Assembly (NCBI GenBank): GCA_051294375.1
Contig: CM119267.1
Span: forward strand, 2,635,230-2,699,229
DNA length: 64,000 nt
Reading direction: 5' to 3'
DNA from: Paraspadella gotoi
Taxonomy: Eukaryota > Animalia > Chaetognatha
The notes under the pieces were generated by a model. The model made no database searches, was not told where the DNA came from, and saw nothing but the letters and a program-made list of their open reading frames with translations. The position numbers and the translations under genes were made by a program. Shown here in pieces: positions 37,579-51,900 of the stretch. How positions within the stretch are numbered: position 1 is the stretch's first letter; each line of letters starts with the position of its first letter.

Positions 37579-37663
37579 AAGCCCCTCTAACAGCCAAGGA
37601 AAGGGTCCTGGGCTTGGAACCAGGCTTGAGGGTTTTCCAAAGTTGATGGCCGTTTTTACGCTT
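37579..37663 (-). ncRNA. Twister ribozyme, type P1 (family C)
   Basis: Minus strand reads AAGC G TAA A AACG GC ... CCTGG TTCC AA GC CCAGG ... TGTT A GA GGG GCTT, giving P1 AAGC/GCTT, P2 AACG/TGTT, T2 GC/GC, P4 CCTGG/CCAGG and T1 TCC/GGG. Confidence 0.68.
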
Positions 37664-37794
37664 CCTGAAGGGTAAGTACCATTGAGAATCAATTACGGTA
37701 CCTAATTGCCAAGAGCTTATATTATTACCGGGTCATAACTAAAGAGTATATGCTTATAGCTGGGGGTGAACATATTGCAGTGCCTGACTACACT

Positions 37795-37983
37795 ATATCC
37801 AAACTCCTAACCATAATCCCTAACTCTAACCAAACCCTAAACCAATATTCATAATTTCTGACCCACGTCTTTAATCTTTAACTCAAAACCCAAACCTTAA
37901 TCACTAACCAAATCCCTAACTTTAATCGCTAACCTAATTCCGAATTTTAGATAAAATGGGTCGTTCTGGGAAAATAAGGCCGA
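37795..37983 (+). repeat. Dispersed repeat with degenerate TAACCC-like arrays and a conserved GATAAAATGGGTCGTTCTGGGAAAATAAGGCC end
   Basis: Related copies at ~10133-10390 (-), ~34270-34428, ~44695-44858, ~53943-54120 (-) and 58877-58929/62598-62750 (-). Confidence 0.65.
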
Positions 37984-38715
37984 AGAGAGATACATATGAA
38001 GTTAAGCATAGTGCAATGAAATGTTCGAAATGCAATGTGAATTCCTTCGCCAAAAATTTCACAAATTCTAGCTCATTCAGCGGAAGAGAATGTTCTTTAA
38101 GCGGCGAACAAATTCGACCAAAAATTCAGAGGCACACTCCTCCACAGACTTCGCACCTCCACCTGGAGAGTGACGCTAATGAAGACGCCCGACGCCCTGG
38201 CGATCGAATCATCGAGGTCAGCCACTAGCGCCACCCCTTTATTGGCGCCAACCGACATTATTAACTAGCGCCACCCCTTTATCTTATGGCGCCTGTCTAT
38301 ACTTGGATTTCCTGTCTGCGAAACCTGCTGCTTTGACGAAGGGCGCGCCGTTGGGGTAAGACGTTTTCGTCTGCGGCGGCATTTGAGATGAGTCATTCAA
38401 AAGGGTAAGTCTTAAATTAATCAATGACTTACTGACTCAGTATTTAATCAATACATTTGGCGCGCCTAACTGTATATTGCATTTAAAAACTCAATGAGAT
38501 TGATCGTCTTTCTGACCCGAGTCGACTTTTGCAAATGGAATATTAAATATAATATAATAATTTTAATTCATTTAAATATAATATCATAAATTTAATTCAA
38601 TTAAATAAATATTTTATGTAAATTTCCTTCTTTTGTTTTCTTCTTTTCAGTTAAAAATCCGCAAATCTTTAAAGCCTTTCCCTTCAGACGATTTACGATT
38701 AAAAATTCTTGACAG

Positions 38716-38770
<55 letters not shown>

Positions 38771-38877
38771 GCCTTACCTTCGAATTAACTTGCTCTACTC
38801 GTGCTCTTCTTCCAATTTCTTAGACGCATTTGCTTCAAATTAACTTACCTCTTCAATGTCTGTTGAGATCAAAAGAT

Positions 38878-38958
<81 letters not shown>

Positions 38959-39164
38959 TTCTCTCGTTCTCGCCGACACTCAGACAACAACGAGAGATTA
39001 ATAAAAAAAAGGGAAAAAAAAGAGTGAGAGAGAGAAAGAGAGAGAGAGAGACGAGACGAAGAGAGAGACTTTGAAAAATGAATTTTATTTTAAAATCTTC
39101 TCGCCCCGCTCTGATGGTGTCATTAATTGGTTACCTCTTTGGCGCCTTCTCTCAGCGGTGGTGC

Positions 39165-39195
<31 letters not shown>

Positions 39196-39934
39196 TTCGT
39201 CGTCCTCGGGGGTTTTAACGGACGGATGGAGTCGATAAATAAAGAAAGAAAACTAAATCGGGATCGAAACTGTAAAGGGATCGAGAGATCTTGGATCGAC
39301 GCGGCGCCGCTCGATCCCCAAAAACAAAAGTCCATCGCCGATTTTTATCGGAAAAATCGGGAGAAATTTACGACGATGACAACGACGACGATGAGAGCGA
39401 CGACGACGATCTATCAAGATGATTACAGACTTGGAGAACAATTTTCGAAGTGGGCCCAGTTCAAGAGACATTCGGGTTTTTATTCTAAGGTCTCGTGGAA
39501 CGGTTCCAACGTGGAATCAGCGGAGAGACAAATATCCACGTTCACCAAATGAAGAGAATAACAGAACGAGAATAAACTGTTTAACAAAGTCACGCAGGAG
39601 GAGAGAAAGGATAGAAATAAGGAAAGAAATGGGATAGAAAGTCCTAATTGGAGTTGAGGCAGTCAGGGCGACGAAATTAGGTCGTCGGTGTCAAACTTGA
39701 TTCACGATTTCAAATTCAAAGATCGAAGCTTTAATTCTTTTGGCTTGGTCTTTATCTTTATCTAGATATATTTATCTTTATCAAGACTAATTTCTCAGTT
39801 ATTTACTTAAATTTTATTCAATTTATTTCCGAGTGCTATCTGTGTGTCTCGGTCTTTTTCTTAGGGTGACTAAGGAGGAGCTATTTGAATGTTCTCGTGC
39901 CTTTTGATTACTCTCTCGTCTCTCTCTCTCTCGG

Positions 39935-39966
<32 letters not shown>

Positions 39967-40795
39967 TCTCTCTCTCGTCTCTCCCTCTCTCTCTCTCTTT
40001 AACTTATTTTATTCACTTTATTTCCGAGTGCTATCTGTGGTCCCGATCTTTTTCTTAGGTGACTAAGGAGGAGCTATTTGAATGTTTTCTCGTGCCTTGA
40101 TACTCTCCTCTCTTCTCTCTCTCTCTCTCTCTCTCTCTCCTCCTCTCTCTCTCTCGTCTCTCCTCTCTCCCTAACCTTTATTCTGGCCAATCTACGGCTT
40201 CAACGCATTTGTTTCGGTCCCTTTCTTCATTGATGACTCATGTTTACCAATACCGTACTTTGATCGACGACGACGACGACGACGAGACGGACCGAAAACG
40301 ACGACGACGACGATGCCGGCCGAATTGTCATGTTACTCGTCGGGGCAAATTAATTACGGAAGAAAGAGGAATGGAGGGAGGAGGAGGGAGGAGGGGAGAA
40401 AGGAGTTGAGGAGTTTTATTAAAAATGCTCGGCGACAAAAAACTCGACTGTTAATTTGATTTTGAAGGTCGGGTTTCAACAAGATAAGAATAGAATAGGA
40501 GATAGGATAAAGTGGAATAAAGAATTTCATAAGATTAGAATTAGATAGAATGTTTTTGCTGACGGAATATTCTTGCGATGTTCTATGAATGCTGGTCTTC
40601 TACGGTGGGCGAGCGTTGTTTTGTTGGCGTCTAGTTATAAGCGAGATGAGTGAGAGAAGAGAAGAGAAGACAGAGAGACAAGAGACAGAGACAGGAGAGA
40701 GCAAAAAGAAGATATAAAAAGATCGAAGTCTCAAAAAAAAAACGCATCCAACTTTTTTGAGTTCGATAACTTTTGGCTTTTTGTCCCGAGCACGA

Positions 40796-40840
<45 letters not shown>

Positions 40841-41296
40841 TCCCCTTCGAGTGACGCCTGGGGGATTGGTCTCATCGTCTCAAGACTTTTTCTCCTCAAA
40901 GATTAAAAATCCGAAAATCGAACTTAATTCACACGAAAAAATTTTTTTTTCTTTTTTTCTTTTTCTTTTTTTTCTTTCTTTTATCAGTAGATTATATTTA
41001 AGAAATACATTAATATTTATCTCAAATAGTTTATATTTTGATAAATAGAATTATAAGGTTATGAAAACTTGTTATTCCACCAATAAATGCGTCTCTATAA
41101 GATTCTCATTATCGCTGATAGTCTGGTACAACCTGACCACATCCTCGTCGTCCTCGTCCTCGTCGTCGTCGTCGTCATCGTCGTCGTCGTCGTCGTCGTC
41201 GACGCCGTTGTCGCCTCGCCTGTCAAGTCGGGTCACCTTTTCTGATGATCGCATTTTCATAACATGAGTGTCTTTCAGAATGATAGACGGTAAGTT

Positions 41297-41330
<34 letters not shown>

Positions 41331-42601
41331 NNNNNNNNNNNNNNNNNNNNNNNNNNNNNNNNNNNNNNNNNNNNNNNNNNNNNNNNNNNNNNNNNNNNNN
41401 NNNNNNNNNNNNNNNNNNNNNNNNNNNNNNNNNNNNNNNNNNNNNNNNNNNNNNNNNNNNNNNNNNNNNNNNNNNNNNNNNNNNNNNNNNNNNNNNNNNN
41501 NNNNNNNNNNNNNNNNNNNNNNTCGTCGTCGTCGTCGTCGTCGTCGTCGTCTTTACCATTACCGTCGGCGGCGGAGATATCCTTTGACATTGGCGCCTGG
41601 AAATCGGCGCCAGNNNNNNNNNNNNNNNNNNNNNNNNNNNNNNNNNNNNNNNNNNNNNNNNNNNNNNNNNNNNNNNNNNNNNNNNNNNNNNNNNNNNNNN
41701 NNNNNNNNNNNNNNNNNNNNNNNNNNNNNNNNNNNNNNNNNNNNNNNNNNNNNNNNNNNNNNNNNNNNNNNNNNNNNNNNNNNNNNNNNNNNNNNNNNNN
41801 NNNNNNNNNNNNNNNNNNNNNNNNNNNNNNNNNNNNNNNNNNNNNNNNNNNNNNNNNNNNNNNNNNNNNNNNNNNTCCTTCATCCATTTAGTCTTTACAA
41901 GTTAAATAACCCAACTCGTCGAGAGGCGGAGGCCGATTAGCAATTATCACCAAAAAAAACTTTTATAAACACTAAAATTGTTTGGCACTATTTTTGTACT
42001 ATTATCGTTCGTCGACNNNNNNNNNNNNNNNNNNNNNNNNNGAGAGAGAGAGAGAGAGAGAGAGAAGAAGGGTGAGATTAAGGAAGCCCTTTTCCTTTTT
42101 TAAGTTTTTTTTTTTTTTTTTTTTACGAAATGACAGCGTCGACGAACGATAATAGTACAAAATATGTGCGAAACGAATTTTAGTGTTTATAAAAGTTTGT
42201 TTTTGCGTGATAATGCTAATCGGCCTCCGCCTCTGCGACGAGTTTGGGTTATGTTAACTTGTTAAAGACTAAAATGGACTGACAGGATACAGAAAATTGG
42301 TTGAACCTTGTAATCACTGCCTCTCTCTCCTCTCTCTCTCTTCGTCTTTCCTCCTCTCTCTCTCGTCTCGTCTCTGCTCGCTCTCTTCTCTCTCTCTCTC
42401 TTCCCCACATTTTTTTTCTACGAATCTGGCAGCCCGATCCAGGCTTCCAATGTCAAAGGATATCCTCGCGCCAGCCGACGGTAAACGGTAAAGACGACGA
42501 CGACGACGGGACGAAAACGACGACGCGACTTGGGAGAGAAGGAGGGCCACACTGGCGGGCGACGGAGGCGGAGCAATTCTGTCCGCCACTGGAGGATCGA
42601 G

Positions 42602-42639
<38 letters not shown>

Positions 42640-43554
42640 ACGAACGACGACGACCAGACGACGAACGACGACGAAACGACGATGACGACGACGACTCGTG
42701 CTCGGGAAAAAAGCCAAAAAGTTATCGAACTCAAAGAAGTTGGATGCGTTTTTTTTTTTTTGAGACTTCGTACTCCGTTTTTTTGAGCGTGTCGTTCTTT
42801 GTATGCGTTCTGCTCCGCATTGGTGTTCGCCCACTCACCTGTTTTTCTGTCTCCTTTCCTTCCTGTCTCTCTTTTCTCTCTCTCTCTCGCATCACTCCCT
42901 TCTCTCTTCTGTCTTCCCTGCATCCTCTCGTACCTCGTAGCCTCTCTCTCCTCTCTCTCTCTCTCTCTTCTCTCTCTTCTCGTCTCTCTCACTACACTTT
43001 TTCTCGCTTATACAGAAGCCAACAAATACAATCGCTCGCCACCGTAGAAGAAGCCGAGCATTCATAGAACATAGAAAAAGAAAATATATCCGTCAGCAAA
43101 AACACATTCTAATCTAATTCTAATCTTATTGTAAATTCTTATTCCACTTCTTATTCCTATCTTCTATTCCTAATTTCTTATCTATGTTTGAAACGGGCGC
43201 GACGCCTTCCAAAAAAAAAAAACCAAATTAACTACGAGTTTTTGGTCCGAGCCATTTTTTAAAAACTCTCAAGCTCATCTTTCTCTCCTCCTCCTCTCCT
43301 CCTCACCACTTCCTCCTCCCCGTAATTAATTTGCCCCGAAGCGAGTACCGTGACAGATTCGGTCCGAGCATGCAGTCGTCGTCGTCGTTTTCCCGTCGTC
43401 GGTCGGTCGTCGTCGTCTGTCGAGTCAAAAAGTCGAAAATGAAAACCATGATCGGAATGAAGGAAAATACTGAAAGCCTCGGGCCGTCTTGGGGCCGCCC
43501 CGAATGAAGAAGAGAGAGAGAGAGAAGAGAAGAGAGAGAGAGAAGAGAGGAAGA

Positions 43555-43589
<35 letters not shown>

Positions 43590-45204
43590 GAGAGAGAAGA
43601 GAGAGGAGAGTATCAGAGGCACGAAGAAATCAATAGCTCCTTAGTTCACCTAAGAAAGGACCGAGACACAACAGATAGCACTCGGAAATAAATTGAAAAT
43701 AAAATTTAAAGTAAATAACTGAGAAATTAGTCGCTCTGATAAAGATAAATATATTTTCTAGATAAAGATAAAAGACCAAGCCAAAAGAGTCTACGAATTA
43801 AAGCTTCGATCTTTGAATTTGAAAATCCGTGAATCAACGAGTTTGACACCGCGACACCTAATTGTCGTCGCCTGACTGCCTCAACTCCAGATTAGGACTT
43901 TCTATCCATTTCTTTCCTTATTTCTATCGCTGGTTCTCTCCTCCTGCGTGACTTTGTTAAAACAGTTTAATTCTCGTTCTGTTATTCTCTTCATTTTGTG
44001 AACGTGATATTTGTCTCTCCGTGATTCCACGTTGGACCGTATCCCACGAGACCTTAGAATAACCAGAGGTCTGTGTGAACTGGCCACTTCGAAATACTTG
44101 TTGTTCTCCAGTCTGTTCTCTCTCTCTCGATGACACAAAAATAATATTTTCCTTATGACAAATTGAAAAAACAACAAAACAAATTGATAAAATAATAAGT
44201 TTTAATTAAAAGTAGAGTCGAGGCGCGAAGTTCGACCGACGACGAAATCATTAAAACCCCAGACGAGTCTATTTTTTTTTCTTGGGCTACAATTTCAGTT
44301 TTTAAGTTTTATTAATAAAAGAGAAAAAAGGTTTAATACTTTTCATTTGGGGGGGGGGAAATGTTGGCTCTCTTTTCCGAGATTGCCCCATTTCGGTTCT
44401 TGTATCACGAACTTGAATTTTAATTTTAATATCATCGGGCTCGGATGATCTCCGCAGGGAATGGAATTGCCAAAACCTATTGGTCGAGATGGAACCAGAA
44501 CCGGCTTGCAGAATCATTGGAATGGTTAAATTGACCCTTACCACCGATCCTCTTCCATGACGATATATAGACCTAGTTTGTTGTAGATAAAGTAATATTT
44601 ATTAAGACTCCTGCCCGTGTCTCGCCGTCACCATTTAATCTAAAAAAAAAAATCTATAAGTTTTTTCCTTAAATGTGGTGGCAGTGGTAGAATTAGAGCC
44701 CTAACTATAATCCCTAACCTTTAACAATTACCTCGAACCCTAATCCCAAACCTTAATTACAAAATTTATCTCTGATTTTAATCACTATCCGATTCCTTAA
44801 TCCTAACATTTAAACCGAATTTAAAATAAAACGAGGCATTCTGAGAAAATAAGGCCGAAATGGGGCTGAGGTCGCTCGTGAGAGATAATACGAACTGGAG
44901 CCGCCAAAGTTACGTTTCGACGCCAAACGATTTAAATTCAGCCATCGATGAAAACTTTAAATTTATTAATGGCACTTTTTCTGTTTATCTTCGGCTAAGG
45001 TGAGAGACAGGGTGAGAGACAGAGTGAGAGACAGATTGAGAGACAGATTGAGAGCACTGAGGAAGAGACACAGAGAGGGAGATAGAATGGATGAGACAGA
45101 GAAGATAGAGACAGAGTAGAGCAGACGCGTTCGTATTTCCGATAACTTTTTTTGAATTCAAAAATAGTTGCCTTGTTTATGTTGTTGTTGTTGTTTTGTT
45201 GTTG

Positions 45205-45241
<37 letters not shown>

Positions 45242-45585
45242 GCTTGTTGTTGTTGTTGCTTGTTGTTGTGTTGTATGTTGTTGTTGTTTTCTCCCGTTCG
45301 TGAATTGAATCTTTATCTCGTTTTTTTGTCTCGAGACAGTTTGAATCCCAGATGAGAGAGAGACGAGAGAGAGAGAGGAAGAGAGAGGAGGAGGATGAGA
45401 GGAGGAGTAGACGAAGGAAAAGAAAGAAGAAAGGAAAACGAAAGAAAGAAAGAAAGACTAAGAAAAGAAAAGAAAGAAAGAGAGAGAAGAGAGAGAGAAG
45501 AGTGAAGAGAAAAGCTTGTGAAATTTTACTTTCGATTATCAATTTTGAGTCTTTTTCTAATAAGTATTTCAATTGTTGTCTTTAA

Positions 45586-48500
45586 GGGGAGGGAGCACAA
45601 GTTTTTGGCCTATATTCATTAGTTTAGAGCGTAATTTTCTACTTTTTAGAACGTCGAAAAACCCGCAGCCTCTATCTTTTCTGAAAACCGGAGATATAGA
45701 GGTTACCAAATAAAATTTCTTTGAAAATTCCTGGCCGCAAACTGATTGTCGGAGGTCAATTCATTTTGGTTACAATATCCTCTCCTGAATATCTTGGTCC
45801 CCATAGCATCCCTTTTTTTTAAAAATTCCTACATCTTCATAGAAAAAAGTAACAAAAGAATTGCAGAATGACCAAAATCCTTTCTGTAACGCAAAAAAAA
45901 ATATAAAAAAAATTATTTTTCGCCAAAAGCGCATGCTAAGGACCTCGGGAAATCGCCTAAATTATCTACAATGAACAAGTCGCGCTTTTTTATCTTTCTT
46001 TGTTCTTTTATCTGAATTTTTTTTCGTTTTCAAAAACTTTTTATTTGATTTTCGAAAAACTTTTTCACAGTAAGGCATATTTTTTTTTCTTGAATTTCAA
46101 GAAGGTTTTTTATTATTTTATTCTTTACTGCAACTAAAACAAGAAAGCATAATGATGAAAAGGATCGCTTAACGCCATGGTATACTCAGAAACAACAAAG
46201 CGAAAAGTTGCCCGTTTAAAAATCAATTGCTACCGTCTTAATCCTACTTATTCGTCAAGAAAGTTTTTAAATTTTGATAAAAAATAAAATGATTGGCGAA
46301 AGCCAAACGTTTTTGGAGAATAATAACAAAACATGCAATTGAGGGAAAGTGAATCAACCCACCAGTCAAGGTAAGACTAACAAACGAACAGATAATAGAA
46401 TAAACCATTGTAAAATCGCCTTTGTAATTGTAATCATCGGAAGCCCCTCTTCGCCGTATGACTGATCAGCGAATCAAATATCTCCTCTCTCGCTCTATCT
46501 CTCTCTCTCTGAGATCTGGCTCGGATTGACTCAGTATCAGGATCTGGATTGTCAAAAACGACGACGATAATTTGAACGATAAATTAATTGTTTTAGGTTT
46601 TGGTATAGTTAAAGGTTAGATCTAGAAAAATGAATTAGCCGTGGTTTATTCCCAAAAGCTATTTTCTGCAATAAAAAAATTCGCTGCTTGGCCTGGGCTG
46701 ACTCAGCCAACAGAGAAACGAATATTAAGCACTCCGACAGGATCGGGATCGACGGAAACGACGACGATAATCTTGACACGATGGCCGGAAGCTAATGCCG
46801 ACAATGACGAGCGACAAACTGAAGCCAGCAAAGCAGGACGAGTTTTGTGCGTCTGTTTGAGTCCCTGCTCAGGAGCTGCAGCAAGGGTGGCTTCGATGAA
46901 AAAAAAAAATCGCTTTAGCGATTTTACTTTACCCTTGAATTTTGCGTCATTTTTTTCTGTCGATTTTTCTATCATTTTTCTTCTTCTTACTAGGATCTTT
47001 TATCATTTTTTATTAACAGCAAGTGCAAAAAAGTACTGCAAGTTGAAAAAAGTATGCAAGTTGAAAAAATTATGCACCTGAAAAAATTATGCAAGTTTGA
47101 AAAAATTATGCAAGTTTGGAAAAAATCTATGCCAAGTTTGAAAAAAATTACCTGCAAGTTGAAAAAATTGATGCAAGTTGAAAAAAAATGATGCAAGTTG
47201 CAAAAAAATGATGCAAGTTGAACAAAATGATGCAGTTTGATAAATAAAAATATGCAAGTGAAAAAATGAGCAAAGTTGAAAAAATTTTGATGCAATTTGG
47301 AAAAAAATTGATGCAAGTTGAAAAAATAATTGAAGTTAACAACAAAAATACAAATTAAAAAAAAGATTATAGTAAAAATATTGATACAAATTAAAAAAAA
47401 TATTATTAGTGCTACAGTAACTATGTTTAATTTTAAGCCCTGAAAGCGATTTACATGTAGTGGCGCAGCCCCACTGGCTTAATTATTTGATCACATCTTG
47501 CATTTTTGGCAACGAACAATGATAATGCATCGGACAGACAATGATAACAACGTTATGGAATGATTAATTAATTGATTAATTGATTGATTTAGGCCAGATA
47601 CGGCCTATTAAAAGCATTCCGAGTTTTTCACCTCCATCTCCGCTCTCAAAAAAGGGTCCGTCAACGAGCGACACCAAACATTCAGATTTCTTTTTAATTG
47701 AATGAAATGAAAAGAAATGAAACAGAAGCAAATTCTTTTCTTGTTTTTTTCTCAGACAAGCTCCCAAATGTTTAATATCCTCATGAAAATCATGGAAGCA
47801 CAGTCAAATTAGTCTACTACCATGGACTCTATCAATATTATCGAGGTAAATTTTCAATTTGGCAACCGATTGAATATATATATATTGCTCAGCAGTATAG
47901 TTATTATTATATACAATTTTATAAATATATAATATATATTCATTTAATCCAAAATTCTTAGCAGATTGGCTAAGTTTTCTGATTTTTTCAACCTACCAAT
48001 TTTATGTATGTTCGCGCATGACGGGGCAAAAGCCCGTCTTGGAGAGGAATAAAGTGAAGCCAGGCTGCTTTATCTGGTGGAAACGTCGTCGTCGTCGTCG
48101 TCACGGCCTTTTTTGCAATCGTTAATTAGAATTGAATTAATCATTAATTAATTAATTAATTAATTGACCGATAATCATATATACATTCTATAGTTTTAAT
48201 TAATTAATTAGGCAATTAATTAATTAATTTAATCTCAAATGCTTTGTTTTTACGTCTTTTCATCATCTAACAATGACAAATCAGCAATTGATGACGACTG
48301 GAGAAACTAATGCCGGATAACGATTGACCTGATTGATTGACTGATTAATAATTATTATTTGAATATTTGAATTAATTACCTGGATTAATTTATTTTATTT
48401 ATTAATACATCCTGCATTTTACATTTATATAAAAGGAAAAAGAAGCCATAATCCAATTAGTGAAACAGGTTTTTGTTTTTTTTTTCCATTTAAACTCATT

Positions 48501-49051
48501 TCCATTTCTACCGATGCCATCGAAAACTTGATTTTCCTGCTCACATCACACACTCCCTACCCACACACCAAAACTTTTATCAAATGTTCTTCTGAACATA
48601 ATATAAGTGTGTGCCCGACCAATATTGAGTGGGCAACCCGACGGGACCGACAAAGTGGAATATAGGCAAGTCGGATCTTGCTGATAAGCAGATCCGACCT
48701 TAAAAGTGAAAAAATAACCTTTACTGACCTGGATATCGTGGCTCCGTTGCTGCGAGCCCTAGAGAAGCAGCACGAAGAGCACGAACAATTCGTCAAGGGA
48801 AAAGGCCCATTAACGCGTTCGATGGCAACGGAAACGTTACGTAATATAAAAAAAATCAACATGACCCAATTTCACACGGGCGGGGGTGGGGAACAACAAC
48901 GGTGCTATGTTTATAAAAAAAAATCTACGCTCGACGAGATACACGCCGCCGTTGCGAAGGGAAACGGATGATAACCCGCAACTCAAAACGAGAGTGACCT
49001 AAATACATGTCGTCTCTGTTTGGCGGGAAACTGTCCAGCTTCTTTTTCTTT

Positions 49052-49103
<52 letters not shown>

Positions 49104-50636
49104 CGATTCTCTTGCGTGATCATTCGTTTTTGAACAAATTCTGATTTTTCTTTTATTCCTTCTCTTCGTCAAGTGGAGATCCTAATCTTTTTAAGATTTT
49201 TTTGCACATAATAGGACATGTTTCTGCTTGGATACAAGCCTTCATCAGCGTTTTGTATCAAAGCCAAAAAATTCATGAAAAAAATCAAAAGTTTGCCAAT
49301 CTCTAAACTTTTACAAAACAACGAAAAAGAAAGATTATATAAAAAAAAATCCAAATCTAAAAATTTTTGGTGAAATTAAATTAGTTAATCTTTAACAGCG
49401 ATGAACAATTTATAATTTTTTTATCAGATCATTAATCATCTGAAAAGCAGGAAACTAAAAATTTCAAGATTTACATTTTGCGCATAAACTTTGAGCTTTC
49501 ATCTCCTAGCAGACGATTCCTCCTTCTCCCTGATGCTCCTCCAATGAAGCCGGACTTGCTGTTTTCATGGATTTTTATCCCAAGTATCGTTAATAAGTGC
49601 ATATTATAGCCATTCATAAAGTAAACGTATAATAAAATAAATAAATAAAAATATGTGTTAGGCATAAACATTAGGACAAATATTGCCATATGTTATATAT
49701 CACTTTTGTTATGCACTATTAAATACTATAACGACAGCAACATCACGAACAGCGACAGCTCACGCGCAATGGTTGATTGCAAAGTGCAAACTTCTATTAA
49801 GCATTCTGACCAAATGTAATTGTTTGTTTATTAAATAACATATCAATCTTTATTTATTTATTAGTGAGCAGGTTCTGGCGCGGTAAGGTTGAGCCTCTAT
49901 CTTTGAAGTAATAGGTGGATGATTAAGAAAAAACATTTAATAGTGTCCACTTTTTTTGGTTCTTTCTTTTGGCTGTTAGGACTTTTTAGGTCAGGATAAA
50001 TTACAAAAAAAATTTTATACTTGCTATCTGGTTTGTTATATAATGCCCAGTATTATTTATCAATAGGTTTTTGATTATTTAAATAAAAAATGACTTGAAT
50101 TGCCTAATGCCTTAGCATTTTAATTTATAAGTGCTGCTCGAAAAGACCTGTAATGAAGGTAAAAGTGACCAAAATCCATGAAAAAGTTTGCTGGAAAGTA
50201 ATTGGTTAATATTTATCTTTCTTATTTAGGAATAACAATACTAAAAAATTATCTTTGGTAAAAGTTTATCAGCTCCCCGCCCATTTTGCTTAAAAATATA
50301 ACTTCTTGCTCTCCCCCTGCTCCGCTCCGTCCACTCGGTTTTTTTCCTTGTTTTCTTTAGGGAAAAAACACCGTAAGGTTGATTTTTAAACATTCAAAGA
50401 TTCGATGATCTTGACGTCATTAACATCTTGCTGTTCACTGTATGGGGGGATAGTGGAATCTTTACTGTAAACTAAGGGAAGTGCAGTTGTATTTTTTTCT
50501 TTCAAAATTTTTTTTTCGATTTTCTATCCACTGTCACAGTCTCGGTGCTCTAAACTTCGGATAATTGACATGTTGAAGGGGACAAGGTTTTCCATTGCAA
50601 ACTATCACCGAAATCTAAACAGACTTGTCTCTCCCC
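45586..50636. mobile_element. Putative Kolobok-like non-autonomous DNA transposon (~5 kb)
   Basis: TTAA on both sides (45582-45585, 50637-50640). Imperfect TIRs GGGGAGGGAGCACAAGT vs GGGGAGAGACAAGT; no transposase ORF seen. Confidence 0.45.
47020..47335. repeat. ~20-bp minisatellite TGATGCAAGTTGAAAAAAA
   Basis: About 15 imperfect tandem copies inside the TTAA-flanked element. Confidence 0.85.
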
Positions 50637-50865
50637 TTAAAGGCAACATAAAATTTCATATTGTTCGAAGCACATTTACTAATTACAAATTTCACAATTC
50701 ACAACTTCTCTTGCCAGCCTCCCCCCTTACAATAACAATCTCTTTCAGACCAAGCGCTCCAGAAAAAAAAAAAGCCCTCCGAGACATTTGTTTCTCTTTG
50801 ATGTGGATCAGTTCTGACCTTCTTCTCTTTTCCTTTCTTCTTTTCTTTTCTCTTTTCTTTTTTTT

Positions 50866-51163
50866 TAGTAGCGTCGCGAGACACATGAGGGTCGGTCTGT
50901 CTGTCTGTCTGTCGGTCCGTCGGTCCCACTTATATTAAAAATGCAAATATCTCGGTTAATACATTATAAATTGAGTTCATATTTGATATGAAAGTGAGTT
51001 ACCATAAGAATTTTTATGTACATATGTCTCATACTTGTGTCACGTGATCACGTGAAAATACGATCACATGACGCAAAATTCAAATCCGGCTTAAATTCGA
51101 TTGTTATTTTGTTTATTTTTCTGAACCTGGAATCTGAATAACTGCTAGCGCTACCTTGTGTTT
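50866..51163 (+). mobile_element. Helentron-associated (HINE/DINE-like) element
   Basis: Inserted in a T-run, with subterminal inverted GTAGCG/CGCTAC, a (GTCT/GTCG)n tract near the 5' end and a CTTGTGTTTT end. Confidence 0.5.
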
Positions 51164-51734
51164 TGAAAAAGAACTAAAAAATAAAAGATCGAATTAGGAT
51201 GCAGTGCCAAGGTTGTCACGTAATTACCCAAAAATACAGATGAAAAACAATCACGACGGCGCAACACATTGGATTAACCGTTCTCGTCTTTTCATTTTTC
51301 TTTTCTTGTCGCTTTTCTCTTTTTCTCTTTTGTTGTTCTTTTGTCGCGAATTCTTCACTTGCTTCGGGACGAATCACGCCATCGCGTGAGGAAAAAGAGA
51401 GAGAGNNNNNNNNNNNNNNNNNNNNNNNNNNNNNNCTCACTTACCCACCACTACCCAGAATCGCGACACGACATGTCCGACGCTCTTTTTCTCTCGATCC
51501 AATCGTCGGTCAAGTTAGCCGTCTCTCTCTCCTCTTCTCTCTCTCTCTCTCTTCTCTCTCTCTCCTCTCTCTCTTCTCTCTCTCTCTCGTCTCTCTCTCT
51601 CTGGGTAAGTTAGTGGGTGATGAGTTTTTAAGGAAAGGGGGGCGGGGCGAGAATGAGGATGAAAAATTTAAGAATTCGTTAATTTTTATCACATTTATCT
51701 TTTCTGCAATTGTAACAGTTTATAAAAACATTTA

Positions 51735-51900
51735 ATTGATAGGAAAGTCAGGTGGGCTGGGAGTGAATAAAATCGATTGTCATTATCTTGTGAGAGTGAT
51801 GGAAACCTTAAAACCACCAAAGCCTGTCCAAAGTCAGAGGCAAGATAGCTTGTTTATTAAATGAAGAGATAATTTTTATATGGTTTATACTAATTTCACG
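51735..51900 (+). mobile_element. Family B repeat copy, 5'-truncated
   Basis: Reverse complement of ~25075-25275 with an internal deletion. Confidence 0.65.
51783..51848 (+). ncRNA. Type-P5 twister (family B), partly degenerate
   Basis: TTATCTTG TGAGAGT GA TGG AAACCT TAA AACC AC CAAAG CCTG TCCAAAGT CAGA GG CAAGATAG; the P1 palindrome is lost and P4 has one mismatch. Confidence 0.55.

Larger units (their letters stand above)
35960..45510. repeat. Left arm of a large inverted duplication
   Basis: Reverse complement of ~53380-63980 (without the 58930-62597 insertion). Contains an extra re-inverted copy, at ~42040-44110, of ~39430-42016. Confidence 0.85.

Noticed and set aside
47020-47335. Regular ~20-bp repeats resembling a CRISPR array
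   Set aside because: No unique spacers, no cas genes and a eukaryotic context; it is a minisatellite.
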